In this document: positions 1 to 12,464 of the stretch, piece by piece
Layout: each line of letters opens with the position of its first letter
Position numbering within the stretch: position 1 is the first letter of the stretch
Assembly (NCBI RefSeq): GCF_001194135.2
Contig: NC_068983.1
Location: forward strand, 155,833,164-155,892,883
Origin: Octopus bimaculoides
Lineage: Eukaryota
Reading direction: 5' to 3'
DNA length: 59,720 nucleotides
The notes under the pieces: generated by a model
What the model was told of the DNA's origin: nothing
Seen by the model: the letters and a program-made list of their open reading frames with translations, nothing else
The model's database searches: none
Translations under genes and position numbers: made by a program

Positions 1-46
<46 letters not shown>

Positions 47-804
47 CATATATATTTACACATACACACACACACGCATATATATATATTGTTGTTTTTC
101 GGGATGGTCATTTTTTTTTATTTAACAAAGAAACACACGCACTATATATTTTTTCTTTACTCGTTTATTGCTGTTCTTATTTTATTATTTTAACTTATGT
201 CCATTGACCGGAAATCTTTCGTCAAGCATCTGTTACGTCTTAGCGACACTTTTCGTTTCCTTGTGTGTTCTGGCTCCACTTACTCCATTCTGTTCTTCTA
301 AGATATATATCCATATGTGCGCATCTGTTTATGTCCTTGTTTGCGTGGTGTGTGCGTGCGCGCGCGTGTGTATGGGTGTGTGTGTGTGTTTTTTTCTGTG
401 TGTGTCATAGTTTTTAGCAGCAGTGACGCCTTCCCCTCAGACCCATCCTCTCACTCCTTTGTGCTATAGCTGTCTTAAGACCCGAGAAAAAATGATACAG
501 TTCCTGTATTCCTCGGCGAATGTGTGTTCGCCCACGGTGTTGGCATCGTTGTAGTTGTTGTTTTTGGTATCATTGGCACCACCGCTGCTACTGACCATGT
601 CAGTTGTGTTATTGACATCGATATGGCTGTCCATGAAGTTTCATGTATGTGTGTTTGTGCGTGTTTATGGGTTCGCTTCGTATATATCCATGCCAATTAT
701 ATAGTCTTATTTATTTTATCTATCTCTGTCTTACATATATCACAGGCATGTGGCAGATATATTTAAATAAGGAATCTTGCAAAACGAATTGAGTCTGTAA
801 TACC

Positions 805-848
805 GGCCATGATGAAATACCACAAGGTATAGAAAATACGTATTCGCC
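805..848 (+). ncRNA. Degenerate minimal type I hammerhead ribozyme-like motif
   Basis: ggc-c(a)tgatga-a-atacc acaa ggtat-a-gaa-aatacgtatt-c-gcc: a perfect 5-bp helix II, a palindromic helix III and a 3-bp helix I. Extra A residues disrupt the core. Confidence 0.4.
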
Positions 849-1991
849 TTTATATATTTATATGTTTAATACTTTATATTGAACACTCACTATTTCATAT
901 ATTCAATAAGACATATTCCATATATTAAATAAGACATTCAATATTTCATTTCATTGTACCATCCATCTTTTTTTATATTATATATTATATATTCCATATT
1001 CTATATCCCACATAAATTTTACAAGAATATAAATAAAAAACATAAAAAAACAGAGTTGGAACTCGTTTAAATAAAATAATATATTCCTCTATACACTATC
1101 ATACAAAACCAAACCCTTTTTTTGGTATTTATCTTTACTCATATACATATATTTGTAGAAATAAATAATCTTATATTTTTCTATTATTCAATTGATCTTT
1201 AATCATAATTAAATAAACGTCTTTAGCTTTAAATAGTATAGCTTTAACTATTACACCGGCTAAATATGTACTAATTTTATCTTCATTATTATTTTAAACT
1301 TAAACTTCGTTCAACTTGTATTTAAAACAATGATAATTTAAAACAATGATAATTTAGGTAAGATGTTTTTTGTATATAATATACATGTTATTATTATGGA
1401 TGAAGGGATGATTATTGAATGGTTATTATTTTGATATTATGATATTTTTTAAATAATTTTTCTATCTTTATANNNNNNNNNNNNNNNNNNNNNNNNNNNN
1501 NNNNNNNNNNNNNNNNNNNNNNNNNNNNNNNNNNNNNNNNNNNNNNNNNNNNNNNNNNNNNNNNNNNNNNNNNNNNNNNNNNNNNNNNNNNNNNNNNNNN
1601 NNNNNNNNNNNNNNNNNNNNNNNNNNNNNNNNNNNNNNNNNNNNNNNNNNNNNNNNNNNNNNNNNNNNNNNNNNNNNNNNNNNNNNNNNNNNNNNNNNNN
1701 NNNNNNNNNNNNNNNNNNNNNNNNNNNNNNNNNNNNNNNNNNNNNNNNNNNNNNNNNNNNNNNNNNNNNNNNNNNNNNNNNNNNNNNNNNNNNNNNNNNN
1801 NNNNNNNNNNNNNNNNNNNNNNNNNNNNNNNNNNNNNNNNNNNNNNNNNNNNNNNNNNNNNNNNNNNNNNNNNNNNNNNNNNNNNNNNNNNNNNNNNNNN
1901 NNNNNNNNNNNNNNNNNNNNNNNNNNNNNNNNNNNNNNNNNNNNNNNNNNNNNNNNNNCCTAATAATATTATTATATATATATATATATAT

Positions 1992-2023
<32 letters not shown>

Positions 2024-2029
2024 TGTATG

Positions 2030-2200
2030 TATAAATACAAAATGGGACAAGGACGCAAAACATCCAGACAAGTGATAATAGAAAGGGACAACAAAACATC
2101 CAGATAGACGATATAAAGAAAACAGGGTCGGGTCATTCGGAGTTTTCTTTCCTCAGTCGAGTTCCAGATTATCCTTGCAATTTCTGCTGGTTATGCTCGA
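2030..2200 (-). repeat. Unclassified microsatellite-associated dispersed repeat, copy 1
   Basis: The reverse complement aligns with 55360-55525 (gataatctgga.ctcgactga.ga.agaaaactccgaatgac..tgttttcttt..cgtctatctg.atgttttgt). Confidence 0.8.
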
Positions 2201-2734
2201 ATCTAACCAGCCCCAACGAAAAACTAAGCTAAGAGCATTAGATTCCTTGGAAGAAAGCACCGACTGTATACGAAAACAATGACGGAAAAAACGGAGAAGT
2301 TTACACAAATACAAATAACAGGACATAACAACAGGTGCCTTTCGATTAAGGACAATTAAATTAAGCTGACGTGTGGAAGTAAAGCCTTACGGCAGGGTTA
2401 CAAGATTTCACAGGCAGAGGGAAGAATATAGATGTTGCATGGACAACGGCCGAACGAAGAAAGAAAGGTCAAGCTTGGCCAAACACCGGTCGTGTGGGGA
2501 GAGAATAGTGAGAGGTAGAGGCAGAGGGACAAAAGAAATAAGGAGTGGCGAAAAAAATGACAGGGACACAGTGAAGTGAAAAGAGGAGGGGAAGTGAGCA
2601 TGAAGAGAAGGCAATGAAATGTGTGAGAGGGGGAACGAAAGAACGAAGAGTGGAATGAACGATATAAGCATGAAAGGGTTGATAGAAAAAAGGAAAGAAT
2701 AAAAGAAAGAGTCGTACAAGATACACCTATGCGT

Positions 2735-2915
2735 GTTTGTGATGTGTTTGCTTCTCACCATCGCTTGAGAACTGGTGTTAGTCTGTTTAAGCGCCACGGA
2801 ACATAGTGTTTCACCAAACTGAGGGTAATATAATAAGTACCAGGCCTTAAAATAATATAAACTTTTTCCAACTAAAGCATTCAATGCGGTACCCCAGGAT
2901 GGCAGTAGTGAAAAT
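2735..2915 (+). mobile_element. Diverged 3' half of the same SINE in the opposite orientation
   Basis: ccatcgcttgagaactggtgttagtctgttta..aataagtaccaggc..gcggtaccccaggatggc. Confidence 0.65.
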
Positions 2916-2952
2916 TCCTTAAAAAAGTAAAAAAAAAACAGTATATATCCTC

Positions 2953-3144
2953 TCAGTTGTTTCAGTCATTTGACTGCGGCTATACTGGAGCATCGGCTTT
3001 AGTCGAACAAGTCGATCCCAGGGCTTATTCTTTATAAGCTTAGTATTTATTCTATGTATTTTTGCCGAACCCCCATGTTGCGGTAACGCAACAACATCGG
3101 TTGTCAAGCGATGGTGGTGGTGGGGCAAACACTGACACACACAC

Positions 3145-3145
<1 letters not shown>
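2953..3145 (-). mobile_element. 3' half of the microsatellite-containing SINE
   Basis: Homologous to 19930-20116; followed by (CA)n and (TA)n. Confidence 0.82.
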
Positions 3146-3183
<38 letters not shown>

Positions 3184-3559
3184 GTACTTACGACAGTAAA
3201 TATATGAGATAAGGTACAATATTTAAAGACAAAACTAAAATATTATACATTAAATATATCACATATATCAAGAAATATAGTACAATATATTATATAAAAA
3301 CCGAAAGAATCAAGAAAGTAAGATATTCAAATTATATATGTAACTATTCTCTCTTTCTCTCTTTCTCTCTCTCACTCTCTGTTCCTCTCATAATTTCTCT
3401 CTTTACAGTCTCTCATTGAAAAGGTATTGTCCAAAATCATGTTAACTGCATGAACTCACAACGATATTTCAAGTCAGTTCATTCTGTAGATAGACGCCAG
3501 CCTCTATTATCAAATTTATTGGTGTAAAAATCTGAAACAGGTGTCACATTACAAGTGTT

Positions 3560-4150
3560 GCGTAAACCCGTAAACTGAACTATACATAATCTATGAGTCT
3601 CACGTTGCATAAATTTAAGACAGTAATTTTTAGTTGTTTATAACGCCCGGCCAAAAAGCATCTGCACTATCGTATCAGATTATGCAAAGGCAAATAAAAG
3701 AATGAGTATATAATAAATAATGAATAATGAGTTCACTGAAACACATATGCTTGAATAATAAATACATGTATCGTTGTATAAGATTCATATGTTCTTTTGA
3801 AACAATGTAAAAATGAAGCCAAACTTTACTGAGTATATAGTGAGAAAAGTCCTAGAATCTCTAACAAGTATTGGTGTACATATATACGCTCACTTTAATA
3901 CCATAATTCGTGGGATCCTGATTACAGTTAAACTGGAAGGAGAATGGCCAGAACATATCAGCTTCATTTATAATAGTCCAGAAGAGACTAGGAAGCTACT
4001 AAATGTCAAAATTGAGGAACGCTGGAAAGCCCGATTTTTATGAGTAAGTGAACATATGCGGTACGAGAATCGAAATCGGATACGAGATGACAATTACGTA
4101 CTTGATATAGAACAGCCACACAGCTTAAAAATGCAGTGACCAAAGCAGGA
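3560..4150 (+). mobile_element. Possible very old mariner transposase remnant
   Basis: VKLEGEWPEH..ERWKARFL*..MRYENRNR..VLDIEQP..PKQ loosely parallels mariner KLGxWVPHEL..FLxRIVTGDEKWIxYxN..WLD..PKP. No TIRs seen. Confidence 0.3.
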
Positions 4151-4288
4151 TTTTGAATGACATTAATATAAAGAAACATATATGTAACCTACGTTTGCAA
4201 AATTAAATATGCATGCGTCAGGAATAGATAGACCTTTCTTTGTTCAAATCCTGTTTGTTACTCTAAATATTTTTTTTGTTTCTTTGTT

Positions 4289-4668
4289 GGCACTCCGTCG
4301 CTTACGACGACGAGGGTTCCAGTTGATCCGATCAACAGAACAGGCAGCTCCTGAAATTAACGTACAAGTGGCTGAACACTCCACAGACACGTGTACCATT
4401 AGTGTAGTTCTCGGGGATATTCAATGTGACACAGAGTGTGACAAGGCTGGCCCTTTGAATTACAGGCACAACAGAAACAGGAAGTAAGAATGAGAGAAAG
4501 TTGTGGTGAAAGAGTACATCAGGGTTCGTCATAATTCCCTGCCAGAGCCTCATGGAGCTTTAGGTGATTTCGCTCAATAAACACTCACAACGCCCGGTCT
4601 GGGAATCGAAGCCGCGATCCTATGACCGCGAGTCCGTTTGCCTAACCACTGGGCCATTGCGACTCCAC
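4289..4668 (-). mobile_element. tRNA-derived SINE, full length (resembles octopus OR-type families)
   Basis: The reverse complement starts gtggagtcgcaatggcccagtggttaggcaaacggactcgcggtcataggatcgcggcttcgattcc (A and B boxes). Homologous to 50360-50737. Confidence 0.88.
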
Positions 4669-4743
4669 ACTCTAAAAAAATATCCAGGAATTAAACCGAA
4701 AAAATGTTAGTGTAGATGTAAATATTAACAAGACAACATTGGT

Positions 4744-4951
4744 CTAAATTTTGGCACAGAGCTAGCAATTTGGGGTTGGGGTAAGTCAATTAAGTTTATC
4801 CCAGTGTTCAACTGATACTTATTATATCGACTCCGAAATGATGAAAGGCAAAGTCGAGCTCTGCAGAATTTGAACTTAGAACATGAAAATGAAGGAAATG
4901 CCGCCAAGCATTTAGCGTGGCGTGCTAACAATTCTACTACCTCGACGCCTT
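4744..4951 (-). mobile_element. tRNA-derived SINE with a conserved central gcctttcatc..gtcgata..agta block (Nin/Deu-like)
   Basis: aattttggcaca..ggggtaagtc..cccagtgttcaactg..tcgactccgaaatgatgaaaggcaaagtcg..gaatttgaac (B box on the minus strand). Confidence 0.8.
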
Positions 4952-5156
4952 AAGCGTAACATTAATTGACTGAATGACAAGGGAAACAGTAGTTATGCAA
5001 TGAAATTCATCAACTTACAGTTGTTTCTGCTATTAGAAGCAGTGTACTCAGATCTCAGTAGTTGGGTATCATCTTATAGCTTCCTCAGAGTTGATTGTAT
5101 GATGCTTGTTCTCTTGTTATTCAATTAATTGATATATATTTATACATAACCATGAG

Positions 5157-5225
<69 letters not shown>

Positions 5226-5642
5226 TGTGTGTGAGTGTGTGTGTGTGTGTCTGTGTGTGCGTGCGATTGTGTGTGTTAGTGTATGTGATTATATTAACAG
5301 TTTCCACTGTTTAATTTGTAATATTCTTGTGTGAAACACCAAATATATATTCACGAATATTACAACTGTATATTGAATTGCTTTCGTTCATTTTTGCTGT
5401 ACTGGCAATACTCATTTATTTATTATATATATTGACTGTATATGTGTATGTAGGCTTCTACACACACACGCATACACAGTGAAGGATGCGTTCTTTGTAG
5501 TTTGTGAGTTTCTGATAAATCCGAGTGCATGGTGTAATGTTTATGTGCGTATGTGCATGCATTAATAGTTTGGTTGCCTTGTATATCTATAAGCTATAGA
5601 TGGTAGGATATTGGCCTTCAAATTCTTTTTCTTATCTTCGAA

Positions 5643-5687
<45 letters not shown>

Positions 5688-7146
5688 TCATGTATACACA
5701 TTCATGTATACACACGCATATACACTTACACACTCACACACACATACATACACGCATGCAGACGCATATATATATATATATATATCCCTTATTTTTTAAT
5801 GCATTTTTCTATATTTCTTTGCAGAAGCTGATCCTTTTTTACAATCGGCTCTTCTCCGCTTGATGTGTTCTTGAGTGATGCTTCGTTAGAAGAAATGAGT
5901 AGCATGGAATATTGAATTCCCATCGAATCCTCATCCATGTGTAATGGAACCAATCCGGATCTTCATGTTATTATAGTTTGGATGCCAAGAATAAGATATT
6001 TCTTGTTCAGGGTGAATAATTGAGGCATGTGATAGGTATATTTTACTGCTTTCGTTCTTTATTCTTTGTTCTATTTTCCTATAATACTTCTGCCTGCAGA
6101 ACATCGTATACTTTAGTTCTATCAATAGATCCAAGTACAATATTATTTCTTTATTTTTATGCCCAGAAATTACTGACCAACGTAAAATACTCGAGTTTAT
6201 AATTTTATTTGGCGAGCGATCGAATATTAGACAAGGGTACACAGTATTCTAAAGGGTTTTGAAAGACTGATGCGAAGTTTAAGTTCGATTGCTATGGTTC
6301 GATATATTCGTCTAATCTATGTTATTGATTTGTTTGATATTTCTAGTATAGGGGTAATAAATCAACGTTGCTTTAGAGAAACGTTAAATATATTCCAGTA
6401 TTTGTTTCATACTCTATCTAATTGACCCCAGTGTGACAAAAAGTAAACCGATGGGATTTGAATTTAGGCATGAAAGGCTGTGACAAAAAAGTGTATGCAG
6501 TTTTATGACATTCTAATAATTTTGCAAAACCTGGTACTTCCTTCAAGTTAATCAAATTAAGTAGAAAAGCACTGATCGAAACAAACTCTAAATGTTCATT
6601 TGAGCTCAACATCTTGCAATGTCACAGTTTAATACCAGATTATGAGAGCCATTTTGCGCTTAACTTTCAGTTTGATGGAAAACGCAAGTAACCAGTTAGT
6701 GAACCTGTTTGATTTTACTTTAACTATACGGTGTATTACTGCCTACATATCTTTTCAGTAAGACACTGCTTAAATGATAACTGAGTAGCATGTGTAGTGC
6801 AAAATAAGCATGCATTTGTAATGTAACTGGAAAGGCATGTACATTCTTAGATTAAAAACTAAGTTCTTTAATTGAAATCCAATCCGATACCATATACATA
6901 TTCAGGAATAAGACACCTGACGAAAAATATTTCACTTCTTTCAGTCATTAGAATGTGGCCATGCTGGGGCCCACTTAACAATTGGAGACCAAACACCTCG
7001 AAATCTAATGCAAATGTAAATATTTAAAAAGTGCTCTATCTCTAATTATAATTATATTAGTTAATAACCTATATAATTATACACGTAGTGACATGTTTTC
7101 TCCGTAGCTTAGCATTAAGGTATAATTCTGAATACAAATTACTCCT

Positions 7147-7272
7147 ACTCTCTCTCTCTCTCTTTCTCTCTCTATCTCTCTCTTTCTCTTTCTCTCTCTC
7201 TCTGTCTCTCTCTCTCTGTCTCTCTCTATGTCTCTCTCTCTCTGTCTCTCTCTCTCTCTCTTTGTCTCTCTC

Positions 7273-7311
<39 letters not shown>

Positions 7312-7465
7312 CTCTCTCTCTCTTTCTCTGTCTGTCTCTCTCTCTTTCTCTCTCTCTCTGACTCTCTCTCTCTCTCTGTCTCTCTCTCACTCTCTCCCTC
7401 CCTCTCCCTCTCCCNNNNNNNNNNTCTCTCTCCCTCTCCCCCTCTCTCCCTCTCTCTTTCTCTCT
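7147..7465. repeat. (TC)n/(TCTG)n polypyrimidine microsatellite with a small gap
   Basis: Directly visible. Confidence 0.97.
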
Positions 7466-8899
7466 TTAGATTCATTTTCCTACATCAGGAGAAAGCTGTA
7501 TCATCTGTCTGAGAAAGCTTCGATAATTTCTGATGTTACCATTCACCTACTCAGTGTCATTCTTCTTTGATACATTATTTAGAACTTGCTGTACAGTATC
7601 TCTAATATTCTGCTGCCATATTTATAGCCTTTTATCATTTCCATCATATTGACCATGCATTTATTATCATCGCATGTTATATGTTGATAGAATCTCAAGA
7701 AGTGAATGGAAACCTGAAAGAATCAATGATACAATATTTGATCTTCCATCTACAGTGATTAACACATTTCCACAAGTGTGATCATCAAAAGACCAAAGAG
7801 TATTCATATAAAAGAGAAATGGTTGTACAGCTATTTGTTTTTCCTGTTACCGGTGTCACTATTTTGCCCTTACTAGTCATCTCTGATAATACAAGTTATA
7901 ATTCCTGTAATAAAGTCGATTAACAAGATAATTGGTTTTCTTAATTCTATTGACACAGTTTCTTCCTTGTTGACTTGTCAAATTAACATGTAATTATATT
8001 ATCAGTCGTTTCTCCTGATCTGAGTTTTGAGATGAAAAATTAAAAAAAAAAAAAAGAATGGAAACATACAAAACAAGAAACAACAAGAAATACATTATTA
8101 GGATTATTTTTCCCATTCTCAAAAGCAACCAAAAATATCAATACTTAAATGTTTATGTTTTATTATTTAATATTTGTTTATTTATCTTGTTAACTAGTTA
8201 GTTATTTCAGCCGTGGTGTTCAATTTGCAGCCACTCTTGATAATTGTTTTTCTTTTCTTTTTTTTTTCATCTGTACTTAACTTATTGATCAAATGGATTT
8301 TAATTAAACGTTAAAAATTAATAATTTAGAGATGTATTAGAAAGGAAATCTTCAGAGACATTATTTTACAAGTCTTTTCTCCCAATACATTTTGGCAATG
8401 AATGAACGTCAGAAATCCCCATTTTCCTCTCCCTTAAAAATAATGTATTGATTTTTCCATTTCTGAAACGAATAACCATATTTCATTTATCCCGTCAAAT
8501 GTGAAAAATAGAAAAAAAGAAATCTTTGCTTTGATTTTTGTCTAATTAGAATTAATTACCGAAAGGATTAACTCCGTAAAATGCTGCTGAGAAAAAATAT
8601 TTATAAAATGTATGCCACTTTCAAGCTCAGCAAAAAAGTAAAGTAACTTGTGAATCGGATGTACGCTTTGAACATCGTATGCCAGTGGTCATATTTTGCT
8701 ACGATAATTGCCTCTCTTCTGTGAACCAAAAAATTAGTGAATGTATCACATAGTTGCATATACACATACTTGCATATACACAAAACTTCTGTTTTTATAC
8801 CTCCTTTCTACAATTTTAAAGGGCAGATGTTTGCATAAGTTTCGATAAAGGCATTTTCTCGCTGTTTGTATTTGGGTAAGTCAAGCTGTTATTGGAATA

Positions 8900-9900
8900 T
8901 GTAGTGTAGTGTATCCTGTGTTAGATACGTTTACACGGCTAATTATTTCTTATAGTGTCTTGCCACTTACTAAGGAGTTTATGTTGGATACAAATGTTTG
9001 ATAGCTTTCTTTTTACCTATTCTATAATTATTTTTATAAGTTTCTTGCTTAATTTCTTTATGTTGAGTTGTGATACTGCAGTGTGCATAACTGATGTATC
9101 ATAAATGAGTAGTCTCTGCTGTTATTCTCAGCTTTGTAATTTAAGCTATGTAAGTAGGGTGGCATTTTTATGATATCTAGAAATATTTGATAACATCTAA
9201 AAATATTTCTTTCAATCTATGAATTGCAGTATGCACCTTGGAGATTGCAGTATGCACCTTGGAGATTGCAGTATGCACCTTGGAGATTGCAGTATGCACC
9301 TTGGAGATTGCCGCGTTATCTGCTTCATATTTCGCTTCCGTTTCTTGAGGGAAATGATTTTTCGGGACAATTTTAAAGTTTTTAAGTGTTTTGTCAGAGT
9401 TTGTTGGGATGAAGATGAGTAGTTTGTCCGATAGAGGTGGCTATATGTGTCATGAATTGTGGTAGCTAGATTGTGTGGCAGAATCTGGTCATGTACGCTG
9501 TAAAAGGAGTTAAGATATATAGTTATTATACCTGGATGTACTGTGTATATGAACATTTTCACCAATGTTTATGTTTAGGTGCATATTAAACTGTTATATT
9601 TGTTGTGCGTAACTAGGTGGTACATTCAGTGAGAATACATGCATTTACTGCGTCTGTCGGTTTCCTTTTGTTGGCTCTGCTCAGAATATTTTGAGGAGTT
9701 ATTTGTTAAGCTTATTTAGTTTCCAGCATGATGTGAATGTAACGTATGACGATAACGTATATTTCATCCCACAATGTTTTTCTGGCCCTTGTTTATTATA
9801 TTTCGTAAGGATAAAAGAACAAGTAAAAGAATTAAATTTTGTGTGTGTCTTATTTGACAGGGGGTATCGAAGGTACTTTTGTCGTTGATGTGTATTTTTC
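8900..9900 (-). mobile_element. Highly decayed PLE RT remnant, possibly Naiad-type (C-terminal RT)
   Basis: Motif traces appear in the expected order across shifting frames: STFD.., NINIGENV..GI, HFPQETEAKYE...IFLDV, KLSKKLIKNNY..HKLLSKW. Matches are weak. Confidence 0.45.
9223..9311. repeat. Perfect 21-bp minisatellite (ATTGCAGTATGCACCTTGGAG) x4.2
   Basis: Units start at 9223, 9244, 9265 and 9286, with a partial unit at 9307. No spacers. Confidence 0.98.
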
Positions 9901-11429
9901 TTTCAAGTTTATGTATTTATTTCTAATGGTTAAATTTAATGTAGAAATAGAAATGTGAGAAAGTAGATATGGCAGCAACATAGACTTTCATGTTATACGT
10001 CTTCTAATTTGGTTTGTTTTTATGTGAATTTTTTTAATGTTTTGTCTTCGCTATTTAAATGTGTTTCAGTATATTGCTGATATCACCTTACAGTTCAAAC
10101 AATTTTGTTTGCCATTTCATACACAGCCGTCATTTTCAGACTGTTACTATAGTAGATGCTTAACTGCACTTACTTGTTCTGTGTATTCATATTCAGTTCT
10201 ATTGCGGTTAATTTACAGTTAAGCAATGACAGCAACAACATGAAAAATAACAGCAGAAATATTGACCAAACTGTGGAGTATGTAGCTACCTAACAGAAGC
10301 CTGCAAATTCCACTTCAAAGAAAGCCGTAACTTCAAAATCTAAACTAAATTTTCGTTAGCTGAGACAATAAACATTATATGTAAAACCGGCCTGAAAATA
10401 TAATGGACTAACAGGTATGACACACAACAAAAGAATGAGAGTACATTGGTAACAAACCTGAAAGGCATTCCCCTGAGAGTTAAAGTACCGAAAATTATTC
10501 GTGCAGGTCTTTTCAAAATGTCCAGTCTTCTCATCAAACAGATCAACAGCAATGGAAGGATATACAATACATTTTACTAACTAATACAATTCAAAACTTA
10601 ATGCTTTATACTTAAATTAGCACACAACTATGATTATATTCCTGTATACAGAAAAAATATACACTGATTAGACGATTTGGGGATACAATACACCCTTTTG
10701 GTAAAAAGACGTATTTGTTACATTATATTTTTTTTGATATTGAAATTAAACACCTTTCTTTCTCTTAAAAGAACCTCTATATTCTGCGTAAAAAAAAAAA
10801 TTACTTGCTGTACATAATAGGCAATATATACCCTTATTGAAATACGTGAAACACCCAAGCTAAGAATCCTTTGTCTCCGAAATGTCATAAGCAACATCGC
10901 TATTTAAAGCAAATCTCAGGAGATTTCTCGCAGTTTGCTAAAAGTTACATAGAAGAACATAATTTAAACCTTCATTAGCTGATAACAACGTGAACCGGTT
11001 AGTAAAACTTTATTTTCGTTTTTCTGTAAAACATTTTTGCTAAAAACATTCACTGATATTCTTACACTAAAATTATGGTATGAAATAATTTCTTATGCGA
11101 AAACAATTTTTTATCTTTTATTTCGTATGTGTGCGTGTTTGTGTATGTGTGCGCGTGCATGTGGAAATATCTCTTATCTTAAAAAAATAACTTACACATA
11201 CACACACACCCTCACCCACACACACGGATATGAATACTGGCCTACTCACCTAGCTAATTGAGCGGCATCATTCAATAGCTAAAATGGTGCAAAGGGCATT
11301 GTGACCAGCGATGTATAACATCATCCGATAATCTGGTCGATCACATGATCACGTGATATAGTTATATATATGCACGTAGTTATACTTGTATACATATACA
11401 CACATACTTATAGGTATGTTTTACATGTC

Positions 11430-11770
11430 TGTTTTACATTCTGGTTGTGAGAGTGGAAGAAAAGCCTATAATACTTGCAGGCAATCTACCTATTGAGAGC
11501 AGATTCCTGACAAATGATGTCCTTGGAAAAAAGAATTGAACATAATGGTTAGAGTTGGGGGAAAAATACACACACGAGCGTGACAAGTTGTGGTGAGACG
11601 GCAAATAGATCAGTGATGTGCAGGATGAAAAGAACTGGAACGCAACCGAACACTGAGGAACACCGGAGTTAAATGTGAGTGAGACAAGCTCTCTCAACAC
11701 ATGCCCCAATCATTCAATGTAAAGAAGAGATGGCGAATCCTGTAGGTGGAAAATTTGGGGAGAAGATTTG
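11430..11770 (-). mobile_element. Decayed CR1/L2-group RT fragment
   Basis: NSGVPQCSV followed, after a frameshift, by PVLFILHITDL (from SGVPQGSVLGPxLFILxINDL). Confidence 0.65.
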
Positions 11771-11849
11771 CATGTCAGGTATGGTCGCAGGATTTGCTCA
11801 TATCGATTACAACAATATTGCTTTCGCAGATCCTATCTGATGCAAGGAC

Positions 11850-12270
11850 CCATTAGTGGGTGACAAATGAGTGTAGGACAGAATTGGATCTGGAGTTGCA
11901 GAAACTGTACAAATGGTCAATTAGAGGGGGGGAGGAGACCATCATCCCCACCAACAATGACAACAGCAAAAGCTTGTACTGCCTATTTCATCCTAGACAA
12001 CAAATTTCACGAGAACATTTCTATTGTTCATTCATCCAGTCAAAAATTACTAGCAAGTCTTTCTCATAGCAAACTTTACCTTAACTTTCTGTAAAAGGAA
12101 GCACACATGATAAATTGGTGTTGTCAGAGGGGAAAAAAACCCCGAAAGTATGCTAGTGTTGGACTAGCATAGTTATCGTCATAGTTCAAGATCGTTTGCC
12201 TTCAACCTGGAGAAGAAGAAAAAAAATTATTAAAAAGAATACTCATTCAGAGTAATCCGAGATTTGAAAC
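11850..12270 (+). mobile_element. Decayed LINE RT fragment (post-YADD region), opposite strand
   Basis: ELDLELQKLYKWS resembles LQxDLxxLxxWS; the remainder is degenerate. Confidence 0.45.
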
Positions 12271-12408
12271 TAGGATCAACTTAGATGCTCAAATAAAATG
12301 ACTCGTTTTCATTTCCAGTGCTGTGTCAACCACACTGCATAACAGAATAAATGTCATTGCAACTTTGTGCATTTACATATATGTATATGTGGGTATTAAC
12401 GTGATTTA

Positions 12409-12464
<56 letters not shown>

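Noticed and set aside
5840-6260. 103-aa ORF 5931-6242 as a gene or retroelement domain
   Set aside because: No motif is recognisable with confidence and there are no clear splice signals.
9223-9311. CRISPR-like direct repeats
   Set aside because: The units are contiguous with no spacers, there are no cas genes, and the context is eukaryotic. It is a minisatellite.
11430-12270. Twin-priming inversion of one LINE
   Set aside because: The minus-strand piece seems to extend through the same post-YADD region that the plus-strand piece covers, with different sequence. Two separate fragments are more likely.
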